Made by a program: the position numbers and the translations under genes
Shown: in pieces, positions 9,397 to 21,850 of the stretch
How the letters are laid out: every line of letters begins with the position of its first letter
Position numbering within the stretch: position 1 is the stretch's first letter
DNA from: Octopus bimaculoides
Lineage: Eukaryota
Assembly (NCBI RefSeq): GCF_001194135.2
Contig: NC_068983.1
Location: forward strand, 18,566,168 to 18,599,694
Length of the DNA: 33,527 bases
Direction: 5' to 3'
Notes under the pieces: model-generated
Database searches by the model: none
Seen by the model: the letters and a program-made list of their open reading frames with translations, nothing else
What the model was told of the DNA's origin: nothing

Positions 9397-12283
9397 TGTA
9401 TATACGTACGTACGCACACGGACACAAACACATGTTTGTATGCGTGTGTGGCATGCTTTTTGACGAATAGTATATGCCGCTTTATAAATCGTTTTGAAAT
9501 TGAACTTGCTTCTTAAGTGAAGAAAAAGATACACCTAAAGTTTTTAGGCAACTTTATAACATAATATAGATTGAACATTTCAAGTAAAAATAATAATGGA
9601 ATAACTTAAAGAAACAGAGAGAAAGGGATACGAAACAGAATATCACCAATACAATGAATATGCATTGAAAATTTATTTCAATGAATTTGACATTTGTTAT
9701 AATCCATCCAAAATATTTTCATATGAAGATGCTCCTTAAAAATGCAAGTAGCCAATGTTTTGCTATCAAACTTCATTGGAAGTTTAAAGAAAGAACAAAC
9801 GATTTTCGTTTTTTTATTCCTTTCATTCGACATCCATCGCATTTCTATTCAGCATGTCTTATGTGATGGAAATTATTTACGCTTACTTGTTTCTGAAAAT
9901 TATTTGAATTGCATTTAGTGACATTTTCTGCTTCATGAAGTTTGATTTTAATTCCTTTGTACTGACAGCAGGACTGTGAATATTTTTCGTGTAAAACTAA
10001 TTCCTTTCTTTTTCCAGTCGTAAATTGCAGATATAAATTCCTATTTAAGGAGAGGTATCTAGGCTAAAACATATTAGCCATCCATTGTGCGCTCAAATAA
10101 TATGGAACCTTTTTCGTAAAAGAGTAAGCTCTCAATTGAGATTTATATAAAAGTGAAGTCCTATAGTTTCCATTTTATTACAAAATATTTCTGCCGTGTT
10201 GAGTGTATGAATAGATTTGCATGCGTTGACTTTAAGGAAATAATAGTGAACGTTTAAGTAAAATATTGTTTCTTCATAATAAAATACAATTTTCATTTAT
10301 AAGGCCACATAAACGCTTGCACGGGTTTTATCAAATACAGATTCTTATCTTTTGTTAAGAAATGTGATTAGGACGTATATCTGCTAAATCAATAACAATA
10401 ATTCATTAATTGAAGCGAGATTTTATCATAGTTGTACTAGACGTATGTTATAGTAGCGGTGAAGTTTTGAGAAGATGGTACTATACCTATGTTATAGTAT
10501 AAACGTATTCATGCTCCTTCAAGTTGATAATGTTCCGCGATTAATGGTGAGAACTTACTCTATGGTGTACAAATAGAGAATGTTTTATACAACTATCATT
10601 AAAATTTTTATAACACTGATTTTTATTGTGACAGACCAAATGCGTATTTAGGAAGATGTTCATCTTGAAACAGAAATCAGTGTCCTGGATGTATTTTTCA
10701 CAAATGCTTCAATATGATTTAATGATATTCAGTAAAAACAGCATCCGTCTTTAGCAATAAATGTTAGATAATTCATGCCATTCATTTGCTATTTGTGATT
10801 GTTGATTTCAGACATTAATGTCATCAATATCTGTGTGAAGCGATTTATTGGAACTATCATGTTAAATATTATATGTCCCTGCTCCTGAATTATATTTTAT
10901 ATTCTGATTATAAATATCACATTTTGCCATTTGATAATATATATTTCTATACATAAGAAATACTTTGAATACGGGGAAACAAGAAATAGCTAAGTAGGCC
11001 TGTACTTGAGAACACATTTGTCTATATGTGCCTGTATTTTCTAATTTCAAATTTTCTGAAAATAAGATATAAGATAATGTCTTATATTCCAAGTTTTCTT
11101 TCCTTCACAACCATACACATGCTATCTTTGTCTCAAAGACATCGTGTAATACATCATCTTCGAAAATAAATGGTATTCATCAGTACCATTCTTCTCCTTT
11201 ACTGAAGTTTAATATGTTCTCTATGAAATATAAGAAATAGTTATTTCGTGATTTGTGTACATGTAGCAATTATATAATATACCGATGAGCTTATCAATTC
11301 TGTAACCGAATAAATGTCTGAATTTGCTCCAACAGAAATAAAATAATATTTTAATAGATAGTAGAATAAAATATATTGTAGCCATTTAGATATAGAATGT
11401 GTCGTAAATTTGTTTTCGACTATACAATCTCTCGTACACATATTAATAAACACGTTCAGACCTATATGAGAGTCTGTGTGTACAAATATACATATATTTA
11501 CTGACACACACACACAAACACACACACACACGTATACACACACATATATATATGTATGCATTTTATGTGTGTACGTGTGTATATATGTATACACACACAC
11601 ACGCACACAAAGCTGTATCATATACTAAACTTCATCTGAATTGAACTGTATTTCAATATCAGTTACGCTAAGCTAATCTATTTTTGAAATATTCAAGTTA
11701 GTAGGAACTTTATTATCAAATAAGCCCGTGCTGGTATGTATCAGTATCGGACAGAAAGTCTGATGATTGGATTATTTATCGCTTAACCGCTTTTGGCATG
11801 CCAGTGTATTTCAAATTGTTGGAAATTCAAAATTAAATTAACTATACTGAGTCCTTTTGTAATGAATTTCCATTCTCATTGAAAACAACTGCAGCATTTT
11901 AAATTATCACCAAGATAGATGATCACTGGAATACAACTAAGAAATAAACCATTACTTATGAACAGTTATACCGCCGTGAAACAACTGTAAATTCAAAGCT
12001 ATCGATTATAGATACTGTATTTTCTGAATATATCGATATCGGTTTGTAAGTTAGTATTAATGTAATCTCATTCGATGAATCGAATGCATCTAACTTAAGT
12101 AGATTGAAATAGATCAACGGATGTGATTAATTAACACCGAATATACGCTTGTGAGTAATGTTCCAGTTCTGAATCGGATTAGCTTGTAAAGTGCAGACGT
12201 TTAGGAACTGCAATATCTAAACGACGTTCAAGATATTTTAGAAAAGCAAATATTTGAATATGTTTTGCAACAACGACAGCTTA

Positions 12284-12377
<94 letters not shown>

Positions 12378-12384
12378 TACATGT

Positions 12385-12665
12385 ACAAAACCTAAAAGTG
12401 GAATAAATACGAAATACACGACAATAAAAACATACGGACATATAGAGGATATTAGGACGATACGTGACCTTCTATTCATTAGTCAAGTTTTCAAATTATC
12501 ATTACATTTTCGGCCGAAATTGTAATAAAAATTTCGAAACTTGATGGATGAATAGAAGACCACGAATGATCCTTTCTTGTTTTTTCCTGCCCATGTTTGT
12601 ATCGTCTATGTATCTGTATGTTTTTATTATTGTCTGTTACGTTCTTATTCCATTTTGGGGATTTA
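12385..12665. repeat. Imperfect palindrome / foldback of ~280 bp centred on TTCGG|CCGAA (12513/12514)
   Basis: Inner arms are TCAAGTTTTCAAATT..ATTACATTTTCGG and CCGAAATTGTAAT..AATTTCGAAACTTGA. Outer arms align as reverse complements (GGAATAA..AATAAAAACATAC..TTCTATTCAT), with a ~25-nt insertion in the right arm. Confidence 0.85.
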
Positions 12666-12713
12666 TATATACATATAGCGGCGTACGTACACTTTCTGCT
12701 CACTTTGTACGTA

Positions 12714-12785
<72 letters not shown>
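12714..12785. repeat. (ATCT)n tetranucleotide microsatellite
   Basis: Direct reading. Confidence 0.95.
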
Positions 12786-12786
<1 letters not shown>

Positions 12787-13883
12787 GCATACTTGAATTT
12801 TGCATTTGAATTTCACTGCAATAAATATTATGAATTGTGATAATCTACATTCACGTTGGAGTACGCATATTTTCTCTTTTCTTTAATCTTAAGGATAAGC
12901 ATTCAGCATTATAAACACAGACACACTCACATCCCCACACATACATTCGGTCTTGCACAGACACGTACATGCACTCACACACAGACACACTTATAAAAAG
13001 GATGACACATGCACTTACGCACATATTTACATATATACATATGCATATTTTATGAGTTTCTCTACTACTATAAACGAGTGCTAATAAGTATGATGTTTTT
13101 CGCAGTTATGCATATTATTTGCAGTTCTCTGACTCACGACTTTCTATTTTAAAAGTAAATAGATATGCAGGAGATAAATAATATCATAGTATTTGAAATC
13201 AAAATAAATGAATAAATAAAGAAAGTAATACGAAAACGAATAATCATTAAGCATATTCCATAACAGAAAAAATGAAAACAAAGACATGCATAAAGATTAT
13301 AGGATGAGGGAGCAAAAATGAATGTTGAAAAGTATTAAAAATTCAATAATATAAAAGCAATTATAGTATTTGTGAGAATGGATCTGTGTATATTGTCATT
13401 TTGGATTCAAAATGCCTATAAAATTACTCTTAGATTGGATTTCTTTTCTACACACAGAGTAAAGATTTGCATTGAAATTTCATTTAATACAGTTATTTCA
13501 TTCTTTTNNNNNNNNNNNNNNNNNNNNNNNNNNNNNNNNNNNNNNNNNNNNNNNNNNNNNNNNNNNNNNNNNNNNNNNNNNNNNNNNNNNNNNNNNNNNN
13601 NNNNNNNNNNNNNNNNNNNNNNNNNNNNNNNNNNNNNNNNNNNNNNNNNNNNNNNNNNNNNNNNNNNNNNNNNNNNNNNNNNNNNNNNNNNNNNNNNNNN
13701 NNNNNNNNNNNNNNNNNNNNNNNNNNNNNNNNNNNNNNNNNNNNNNNNNNNNNNNNNNNNNNNNNNNNNNNNNNNNNNNNNNNNNNNNNNNNNNNNNNNN
13801 NNNNNNNNNNNNNNNNNNNNNNNNNNNNNNNNNNNNNNNNNNNNNNNNNNNNNNNNNNNNNNNNNNNNNNNNNNNNNNNNNNT

Positions 13884-13923
<40 letters not shown>

Positions 13924-14309
13924 GTGTGTGTATGTGTGATTGTGTGTGTGTGTGTGTGTGTGAATGTATGCGCGCGCTTTTGAGTTTGTGCACGTGCATC
14001 TTCTAATCATAAACAACGGAGAAGTTTTGTTGTTATTGTATCCTAAATATCTGAACCGATGTATAGCTCATGGTTTGGTATTTGATATTTTAACTAACTA
14101 CAAAGAAAAAAATCGAAGTTCAATTGAGTAATGTTACACCTAGTTTATCATCGTAGAATAGTCTACATACAATCAGTTTTATGGTCGGACCATAACAGGA
14201 ACTTCTAGTTTATTTTGTACGAAGTTGCGGTTTCTTTCAATGTCCGTTTATATATACCTGCCTAATGTTGCAATGTTCTGCTTTTCTTGGATTATAAAAG
14301 ATCTGTAAT

Positions 14310-14810
14310 CACTGCACCTTGCCTTACATGGTTATTCCCGTATCCCGACATATTTCTATATTTATGTCCCTCTGCGAAGGTCTTCCTTTGATTAATTGAT
14401 AAGCATTTTCCACAGGATCATAGGTATAGGGCATTATTCAATAGGAATCATTCAAGAGTCTCGTTCAAATGTCTACCTAGTATAAATGAATGTGTAACCC
14501 AACGTGTTGGGCTAGAGTAGAATACTCATGTATTATCGAAAGAGAATATTTAGTCAATAGATAATGCAGCACAGAAGCTACGATCTGTGAAGCAGTAATG
14601 TTCTTGTCCAATAACCACAACCGTACACACACATACAAATATACGATGAATATGAGTTAGTAGTGTGGCACCAATGTAAGGCCAGGCTGAATAATCACAA
14701 ATCCAGCAGAAGTACAATTTCAAAAACAAATCCATGATTATGATTACTTCATTTAAATAAGTGTCAAAAATACTCAAATTACCGAATGGTTAATATTGAA
14801 ATTTAGTTTT
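14310..14810 (+). mobile_element. Penelope-like element remnant (linker and GIY-YIG start)
   Basis: Reads CLTWLFP...KVFL*LIDKHFPQDHRYRALFNRNHSRVSFKCLPSI (PLE IWFNPP..FLxLIDKHFP..H...FNRN..KxSYSCxPNI pattern). It continues with TICEAV...YKY and KARLNNHKSS (GIY-YIG RxxxH motif). Confidence 0.8.
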
Positions 14811-15219
14811 TAACTATATTTTCAAAATTTCATTTAAGATGTACATTTAAGATGAAAATATGGATGTGTTTGTAAGAAAGCGCGCACACACACGCACGCA
14901 CACACTCACACGCGCGCGCACACACACATACACATATACGCACGCACTTACACACACTTAAACAAAAGCATATAAACAAAAACCTGCATACATAGAAATG
15001 TTTTTTTCCTTTCATAGCAGTCACCCACAATTCCTCAGCATTGCCTATAAGAACGAAGGCTGTATTACAACATGTAATATCCTCATATACAAAAAACCAT
15101 GAGACCGCATTCACTTCCCTAAAGTTACAGTCACTCACTCACGCACGCGCACACAGAGGTACACACACACACATATACAAAGAGTCTTGCGAATAAAGGA
15201 TTAGCACAACGAACAATAT

Positions 15220-16070
15220 AGGAAATTATATACAAACCAAGAAAATCGCTGCTGGCAGGCCTACCTTAGATCTACACCATAAGATCTGAATTAGGAACAG
15301 ATAATTAATGTGCCTCATTACGTAAAAGTCTGGAAAGATGTCACTAGACTGTACACAGAACTATGTCCGGACTATTTAGCCACACATCAGTTTCAGGAAA
15401 CAGGTTGCACCACAGGAACATGAAAGAATGGAAAATTTCTCAATTCACACAGATGAACTGAAGCCTGAAATGGCATACAAAAGAGTTTGTGACAAAGCAA
15501 ACATGGTGAACACGTGGTACAAGACCAACAAATGTCAAAGAGAGATGTTTGTAGAGGCAATAGCCCATGGAGAACTAGCCCGAACACTTAGGAGAGCTTT
15601 GAAGGAAGTCAAACCTAACGGTAAGTTCGTTGAAAATCCAGGGAGCTCCATCCGATCACAAATATGTAGGATGTACCCCTTTGAGTATACCACATGCCCC
15701 AATGACAAATGCATGGTATTTAAGATTAATCCTGTCACTAGCTGTTAAACTAGGAATGTAGTCTACAGCGTAAGGTGCGTAGAGTGTGCTTGAAAAGACA
15801 AGAACATGTAATACACACATGAGACATCTAAAAGCATTGCGGAGAGAGACTGAATGGACATCTGAAACAATATGATGACAAAAAGATAGTCCTCCATACT
15901 CTACCAACATGCTACAGAACGACATGGAGGCAGATTGAGTAAACTTTCCATCCGTAATTTATCCAAGCACCCAAAGGACAAAACACTCAAAAAATACAAG
16001 AGTACGCCATCATAAATAGAACATTCCAGTACTAAATAGGAAATATAAGTAGAAGGTAATCATACCTCAA
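15220..16070 (+). mobile_element. Penelope-like element remnant with GIY-YIG endonuclease, of a different lineage from the other two
   Basis: Reads WYKTNKCQREMFVEAIAHGELARTLRR..KFVENPGSSIRSQICRMYPFEYTTCPNDKCMV..SC*TRNVVYSVRCVEC..YTHETSKSI, then after frameshifts ERLNGH, LYQHATERHGG and IINR..PVLNRK. Stops and frameshifts occur throughout. Confidence 0.82.
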
Positions 16071-16104
16071 TACCTACAGTTTATATATGGAAATCCTTTT
16101 ATCT

Positions 16105-16208
16105 CCTTGTGTTTTTTAGGTATTTTCGCTAAATAAACACACAAAACGCCCGGTTTGGGAATCGACCGCTAGTTCGCTGCCCTAACCACTGGGCCATTGC
16201 GCCTCCAC
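16105..16208 (-). mobile_element. tRNA-derived SINE 5' fragment
   Basis: Minus strand reads GTGGAGGCGCAATGGCCCAGTGGTTAGGGCAGCG (A box) ..GGTCGATTCCCAAACCGGGCG (B box). The A-B spacing is too short for a tRNA. No SINE tail is visible. Confidence 0.75.
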
Positions 16209-16209
16209 A

Positions 16210-16800
16210 CAGTTTATATATACACAGGTAGAATTGTTAGTAGGCTGTTATGTAGAAGTATATATACATATATATATATATACATATGTATGAGTGTGTG
16301 CGTGTGTGTATGTGTAGGTACTTGGATATGTAGGTAAACAGATAGATAAATAGACAGTAAGGCACATAGATAATACGGGCAGACGAGCACACATACACAC
16401 ATACACGCATACATACACAAATGAAGACTGAAAGACATGGCCATATACACGCACGCACAGTTCTCTCTCACACACACATACACAGAGGGATACATAAGGA
16501 GACATATATACATACATTACAGACGCATGTACATAGCCACACAAAACCATACACATAGGCACACTCGAGCATGCTCACACAAGGAGACAGGTACACACAA
16601 AAAAACACACTCATACAAACACACAGAGAGACAAACACAAACATGAACGCATAACACATGAATAGACAGGATATATACATACAAACATACACACAAACAT
16701 ACGTTTATGTATATATGCATACACACATACATGAATTCACACACACATACATATATATGTGAATACACAGGAACACTGACGCACATACATGCGCAGAAAC
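16210..16800. repeat. Long degenerate (AC/AT/AG)-mixed simple repeat
   Basis: Direct reading; it is the source of many Cys/Val/His/Thr-rich pseudo-ORFs in the track. Confidence 0.9.
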
Positions 16801-17668
16801 AATCAAATAAAGTACACATCTCTGATTAGGGATTCAACGACTATTCAAAAGGTTGCAAGACGCAACGAAAATTTTAGAAAAAATAAATTAATTAAATGAG
16901 TGGAAATCGAACCGGTGAGTGTGTTATTTAATAAGACACTAAAAAAAAATGATACTCCCGAAGTACAATAGTATATATATATATNNNNNNNNNNNNNNNN
17001 NNNNNNNNNNNNNNNNNNNNNNNNNNNNNNNNNNNNNNNNNNNNNNNNNNNNNNNNNNNNNNNNNNNNNNNNNNNNNNNNNNNNNNNNNNNNNNNNNNNN
17101 NNNNNNNNNNNNNNNNNNNNNNNNNNNNNNNNNNNNNNNNNNNNNNNNNNNNNNNNNNNNNNNNNNNNNNNNNNNNNNNNNNNNNNNNNNNNNNNNNNNN
17201 NNNNNNNNNNNNNNNNNNNNNNNNNNNNNNNNNNNNNNNNNNNNNNNNNNNNNNNNNNNNNNNNNNNNNNNNNNNNNNNNNNNNNNNNNNNNNNNNNNNN
17301 NNNNNNNNNNNNNNNNNNNNNNNNNNNNNNNNNNNNNNNNNNNNNNNNNNNNNNNNNNNNNNNNNNNNNNNNNNNNNNNNNNNNNNNNNNNNNNNNNNNN
17401 NNNNNNNNNNNNNNNNNNNNNNNNNNNNNNNNNNNNNNNNNNNNNNNNNNNNNNNNNNNNNNNNNNNNNNNNNNNNNNNNNNNNNNNNNNNNNNNNNNNN
17501 NNNNNNNNNNNNNNNNNNNNNNNNNNNNNNNNNNNNNNNNNNNNNNNNNNNNNNNNNNNNNNNNTATATATATATATATATTACATATATACGTATATGT
17601 ATGTATTATAATCCTACTAAAATTCTCTTATTAGAAAGTGAAAAAAAAACCGCAGAAAGGTTTACACG

Positions 17669-17713
17669 ATTAGGTTGGCCAATAATTTGAGCAAAACCAT
17701 AAAAACCCAATAA
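17669..17713. mobile_element. Possible tiny mariner TIR-derived remnant
   Basis: Begins TTAGGTTGG (mariner TIR-like start) and ends AACCCAATA about 44 nt later. Short and weak. Confidence 0.25.
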
Positions 17714-18250
17714 TATACAACCAATTTGAACCTTTGAGAGATCTGGAAGTTTGTATATTGTCATATTTAATTCCAAACGCATATAAAATTACTGCACGTA
17801 GGATGATGTGATTCTATCTATGCATTTTTTTAAAATATTACTTTTCTTCATTTATGTCATGTTGTGCTGATGTTGATCATAAATAAACATGAAATAGTTT
17901 CCTATCAAATTTGATCACTTAAAATATATCTGGGAAATTTATCCGTGTATATTCCATATATACATACATACATACATGAGAACGTTTATTTAAATTCTAT
18001 TCATAAGTACATTCGTATTGATCTTTACTGATTATAACGGCACAGGGTATTTCTATACTCATGTACGAGACACACACACATACGTAATCACAACTATGTA
18101 TATATATAATCAGGTCACTGAGAATGAAATATCCAATTTTCTTATGCAACAAGTTAAACCTGAAGAGTTACATCATCACTTTTCGAAATGCAATTCATTG
18201 TGTCTGATTATATTGTGAATTTTCCTTTTTAAATCAATTTTTGTGGACCC

Positions 18251-18930
18251 ATGGATAGATAAAAATTCGTGTTGTTTATTGATTCCGTCGTGGAAACAAT
18301 GCATCCCCGGTAGCTCGAAACATCAATGAGGTATTTAGTAAAGATGTGCTGAATTAGCGCACTTCACGTTGATGGTTGCAGAAGTTCTGATCCGGTGACT
18401 TTACTCTTGAAAACGAGCTGCCTGATAGACCTGAGACCAAAGTGGATAATGATGAGCTGGAAACTGTTGTGGTGTAGGATTTATCTCAAATTACGCGTGC
18501 ATTAGCAGCAAAGTTTGATGCTTCGATTCCAGCTGTATTGGACTGTCTGAAACAAATCAAAAAGTGAAGAACCTCGATAAGTTGGTGCCACATGAATTGA
18601 ACGAGCATCAAATGCTGTTCTTTGCTGTCACAGAATAAAAGCGAAACATTTTTGTATCGTATTGTTACGTGTCATGAGAAAATGGCTTCTTTTCAGCAAT
18701 AGCAAGAGTTCTGCACGGTGGTTGGATACAGAAGTGCCAAATCCCAATTCCAAAAAAGAGTATTCACCAAAAAATTCCAATGGTGTCTGTTTGGTGGTCC
18801 AGTGCTAGTGTTAGCCACTGCAGCTTTATGAGAGCGAGTAAGTCAATTACAGCTGATGTATACCAATTGGATGAAATGGTGAGGAGACTTGCAATTAAAT
18901 AACCGAGATTGGTCAATAGAGGCAAGCTAT
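18251..18930 (+). mobile_element. Mariner transposase remnant (Hsmar1/cecropia-like), 3'-truncated
   Basis: Reads RRGNNASPVARNINEVF..WLQKF*SGDFTLENE..DRPETKVDNDELE..KVKNLDKLVPHELNEHQ..FLYRIVTCHEK (eroded WVPHEL and TCDEKW motifs)..MVSVWWSSASV..KSITADVY..QLDEM..PRLVNR. It stops before HDNA and YSPDL. Many stops. Confidence 0.92.
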
Positions 18931-19029
18931 ACTACCAAGAGATCGGATATAGTTTTGGTATCTGAAAAGCAAGGAAAATAGCCTTGATCATGCTTACAAT
19001 CCTGCCGTAAGAAAAGAGCGATCGGCTCT

Positions 19030-19270
19030 TCGGATGGAAGCGTTCTAAGTATGAAAGAAGGCAGTCATCTCCTAGTCGAGGTTCGCTTTAGTAGATTGCC
19101 CGCACAATCGGAATTTGGGATGCTAACAACCAATAGGGATGAGAGAAAACGGATGAAATGTGGGTGTACGCAGGGTGGGAGAATAGCCGTAAGTGCCGCA
19201 TACTGGTTAAGAAATACGAGATAGGAGCTAAGCTGGAAACCAAGAGAAGATGATGAACCATGATTTGGCA
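19030..19270 (-). mobile_element. Probable CR1/L2-like LINE 3' fragment
   Basis: Minus strand reads ..AALTAILPP..FIRFLSSLLVVSIP..RTST..LPSFI, which loosely matches the ELxxLxPP..R.S..VxIP..RT..WNxLP end of CR1/L2 ORF2. The match is weak. Confidence 0.4.
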
Positions 19271-19403
19271 CTCTTTACTGATTTCCCAACGGAAAAGCGT
19301 TACGGTTCAAGGTCCAAATACACGATAACCATTGGATACCCTCTGATGACATCAGTCCCACCTAGCCAATGCGCCGTTCACTTTTGTAAGTGGAAAAGAA
19401 GTA

Positions 19404-19472
<69 letters not shown>

Positions 19473-19562
19473 GTGTATATACATACATATATATTTCATC
19501 ATGTTGAAACCTTAACCCCACACATTTTTTCTCTGTCCCTTTTATTCCGCTCTCAATCGTTT

Positions 19563-19590
19563 CTTTGAAAGAGCTTAGGCTCGAGACGTC
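19563..19590 (+). ncRNA. Degenerate minimal hammerhead-like motif
   Basis: Reads CTTTGAAA-GAGC ttag GCTC-GAGAC-GTC. Stem II is a perfect 4 bp, and the GAAAC(GTC) segment has one substitution. The CTGANGA core is eroded. Confidence 0.35.
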
Positions 19591-20236
19591 AAATCCTGTT
19601 TCTTTCTACATACTCTGAACTATACACGCATACATATATATGTCGAGAAATTGAGATATGTATTCATGTATATGAATGCATTCTCTTATACACACACACA
19701 CACAGATATACGTACCTACATACAATTATATATATACACATATATAAGCATGCGTTCATAATTCGTTGATGCAACTCATGCGTTTGAATGTGAAAATAAA
19801 ATAAATTACAATGTAGGAAACATATTAGCCACTGAATATGCTCAAAATCCTTTACCTTCCTTCAGCTATATACTATGGGGTATCAAAACCTTTCGTCTGA
19901 TCACCTGCACCCTGGTTTTTGATATTGTTATGCAGCCTGATCTCTGATACACCCAATTAATTTGTTACCTACAATTATCGTACACAATATTGTCATACTA
20001 TAAAATGAGGAAATAACGGTGTTCGACTTTCAACAAATAATGCATATATAGCAGGCAAGGTGTATTTCAGGACGTTTAGTTATCACTATATTACTTTCTT
20101 TATTAAGGAAGCTTAATTACCTCTAAATTACTATCTTCAAACTCATTTAAATATTTTTATTTATTTTGGAACCCGCACCACAGAATGCGAAATAAACAAT
20201 TATTGTTGTCATGTGAGGATGGACTATCAGAAAAAT

Positions 20237-21060
20237 TATGCACGACAATATTCGATTTACACGTTCTATGTTTTGAGCTGTGTACCAATTCTGTACACGT
20301 AATTGTTGTTCCGAACACGACAAAAGGATATCATCTATTTTATGATTGCCAAACTTGCCACTATATCATTTATCAAGAGTTGGGCTATTTTTATAAATGT
20401 TGAAATTTACTAGATTTCAACCTATACTCCGTCACCAGCGTGCATCATTACACTGAAGCTTCAGCATGAAATCGAATTATTTGTTAGGTTTTACTGGATG
20501 AGTTATTGATAATTTGCATGAGGATTATATCCATGTAAGAAATACGGTATTTATTTTAATTTATTTCTATCATTACATGATATTATCTCTATTAATTTTG
20601 TGAATAAAATTTTATATTTTCGAATATTTTTCTGTATATTAAATATGTCACGTATTCAAATTTTAGGAATTCTTACCTTCTGATTGTAAATTAAATTTCC
20701 TATAAAATTAATATTTATTAAATATTCATTTAATTTATATCTCATCTCACACTCCTTGTTTGTTTTCACATACACAAACACAATGCATCATATTTTGAAA
20801 AGTTACATATATAATTCAAAACTTAAAATATAATTTGAATTACAAGCCCCCTACTTACATAATGTATGCATAGATACATACATGTGCGTGTGTGTAAGTG
20901 TATTGTGTATAAGTCTTTATATATGTCTGCGGGTGTGGTTGTGTGTGAGTGAGTGTGTGGGTGTGCATGGTTGCGCGCGCGTGTGTGTGTGTGTGTGGTT
21001 GCATGTGTGTGTATATATGCACGACAATATTCGATTTACACGTTCTATGTTTTGAGCTGT
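20237..21060 (+). repeat. Exact 45-bp direct repeat pair (20237-20281 and 21016-21060)
   Basis: TATGCACGACAATATTCGATTTACACGTTCTATGTTTTGAGCTGT is identical in both copies, offset by 779 bp. Confidence 0.95.
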
Positions 21061-21080
21061 ATATGTCTATGTTTTGTGGG

Positions 21081-21154
<74 letters not shown>

Positions 21155-21399
21155 TATAATGCATGCACTGAATTCATTGCATAGCACATTATGGATAAAT
21201 AAAATGAATGCAACACAAGGATATTATGACATATAATATGGAATATGAATATTTAATATTACAGCAAGAGAGTCTTATTTTTTTGCCTTTAACGTTTCAT
21301 CAATGTAAAAATGGTATGTGTCTTCTTGCATAATTGGTTCTGTTCGGCATAATTTCCTCAAACCATATTTATAATCGACCAGTGCAACCATGCCATACT

Positions 21400-21850
21400 C
21401 TATACTTAAAATTCACTCCAAAAGTAAATGTGCATGCATAAGTTAACTCCTCTCTCCCTTCATGAAAAACATGAAGTCCAGTTACTCGGGCTCAAACTCT
21501 TAAAACCCATAGTATGCAAAATTGGTTTGCGTCCACTACTGGGTATTCGAACTTCTGCGAACTCACCCGCTGTATGAGTACGTTTTCGACAACATGCCTT
21601 CCTCACCTATACCAGATTCATGACGTTGCTTACATCCTCACCAGAGGTAAAAATACTTACAGTTGCTTTAATATGACAAACCAATGGCCATTCTATCAGT
21701 CACAAACATGCCTCCAGAAATAGCAGCACTAATTCCTTGAAAGCTTATTGCATTTCGGAGATTGAGAGCTTGCATAATTCCACTGCAAATATTCCATGAA
21801 GTACTCATATAAAGAAAAATACCGCACGTCGCCTTCTTTAAACATGCACA
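21400..21850 (+). mobile_element. Probable CR1/L2-like LINE RT C-terminal fragment, heavily degraded
   Basis: Reads VQLLGLKL..YAKL..HPLYEYV..QR*K..EIAALIP, loosely resembling LLGV..RPxxEY..QRKA..ELAxLIP of CR1/L2 elements. Confidence 0.4.

Noticed and set aside
10018-10054. Plus-strand exon-like segment (cctttctttttccAG...GAG|GTATCT)
   Set aside because: No recognisable product, and on the opposite strand from the other candidates. It shows how easily such motifs arise by chance here.
11760-11850. C/D-box snoRNA-like arrangement (CTGATGA...CTGA)
   Set aside because: The C box lacks the leading purine, the terminal stem (GGAC/GTCC) is mis-spaced, and no guide complementarity was recognised.
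16105-16208. tRNA gene
   Set aside because: The A-B box spacing is shortened, no cloverleaf forms, and it continues into SINE body sequence. The same applies to the heads at 9290, 31620 and 31936.
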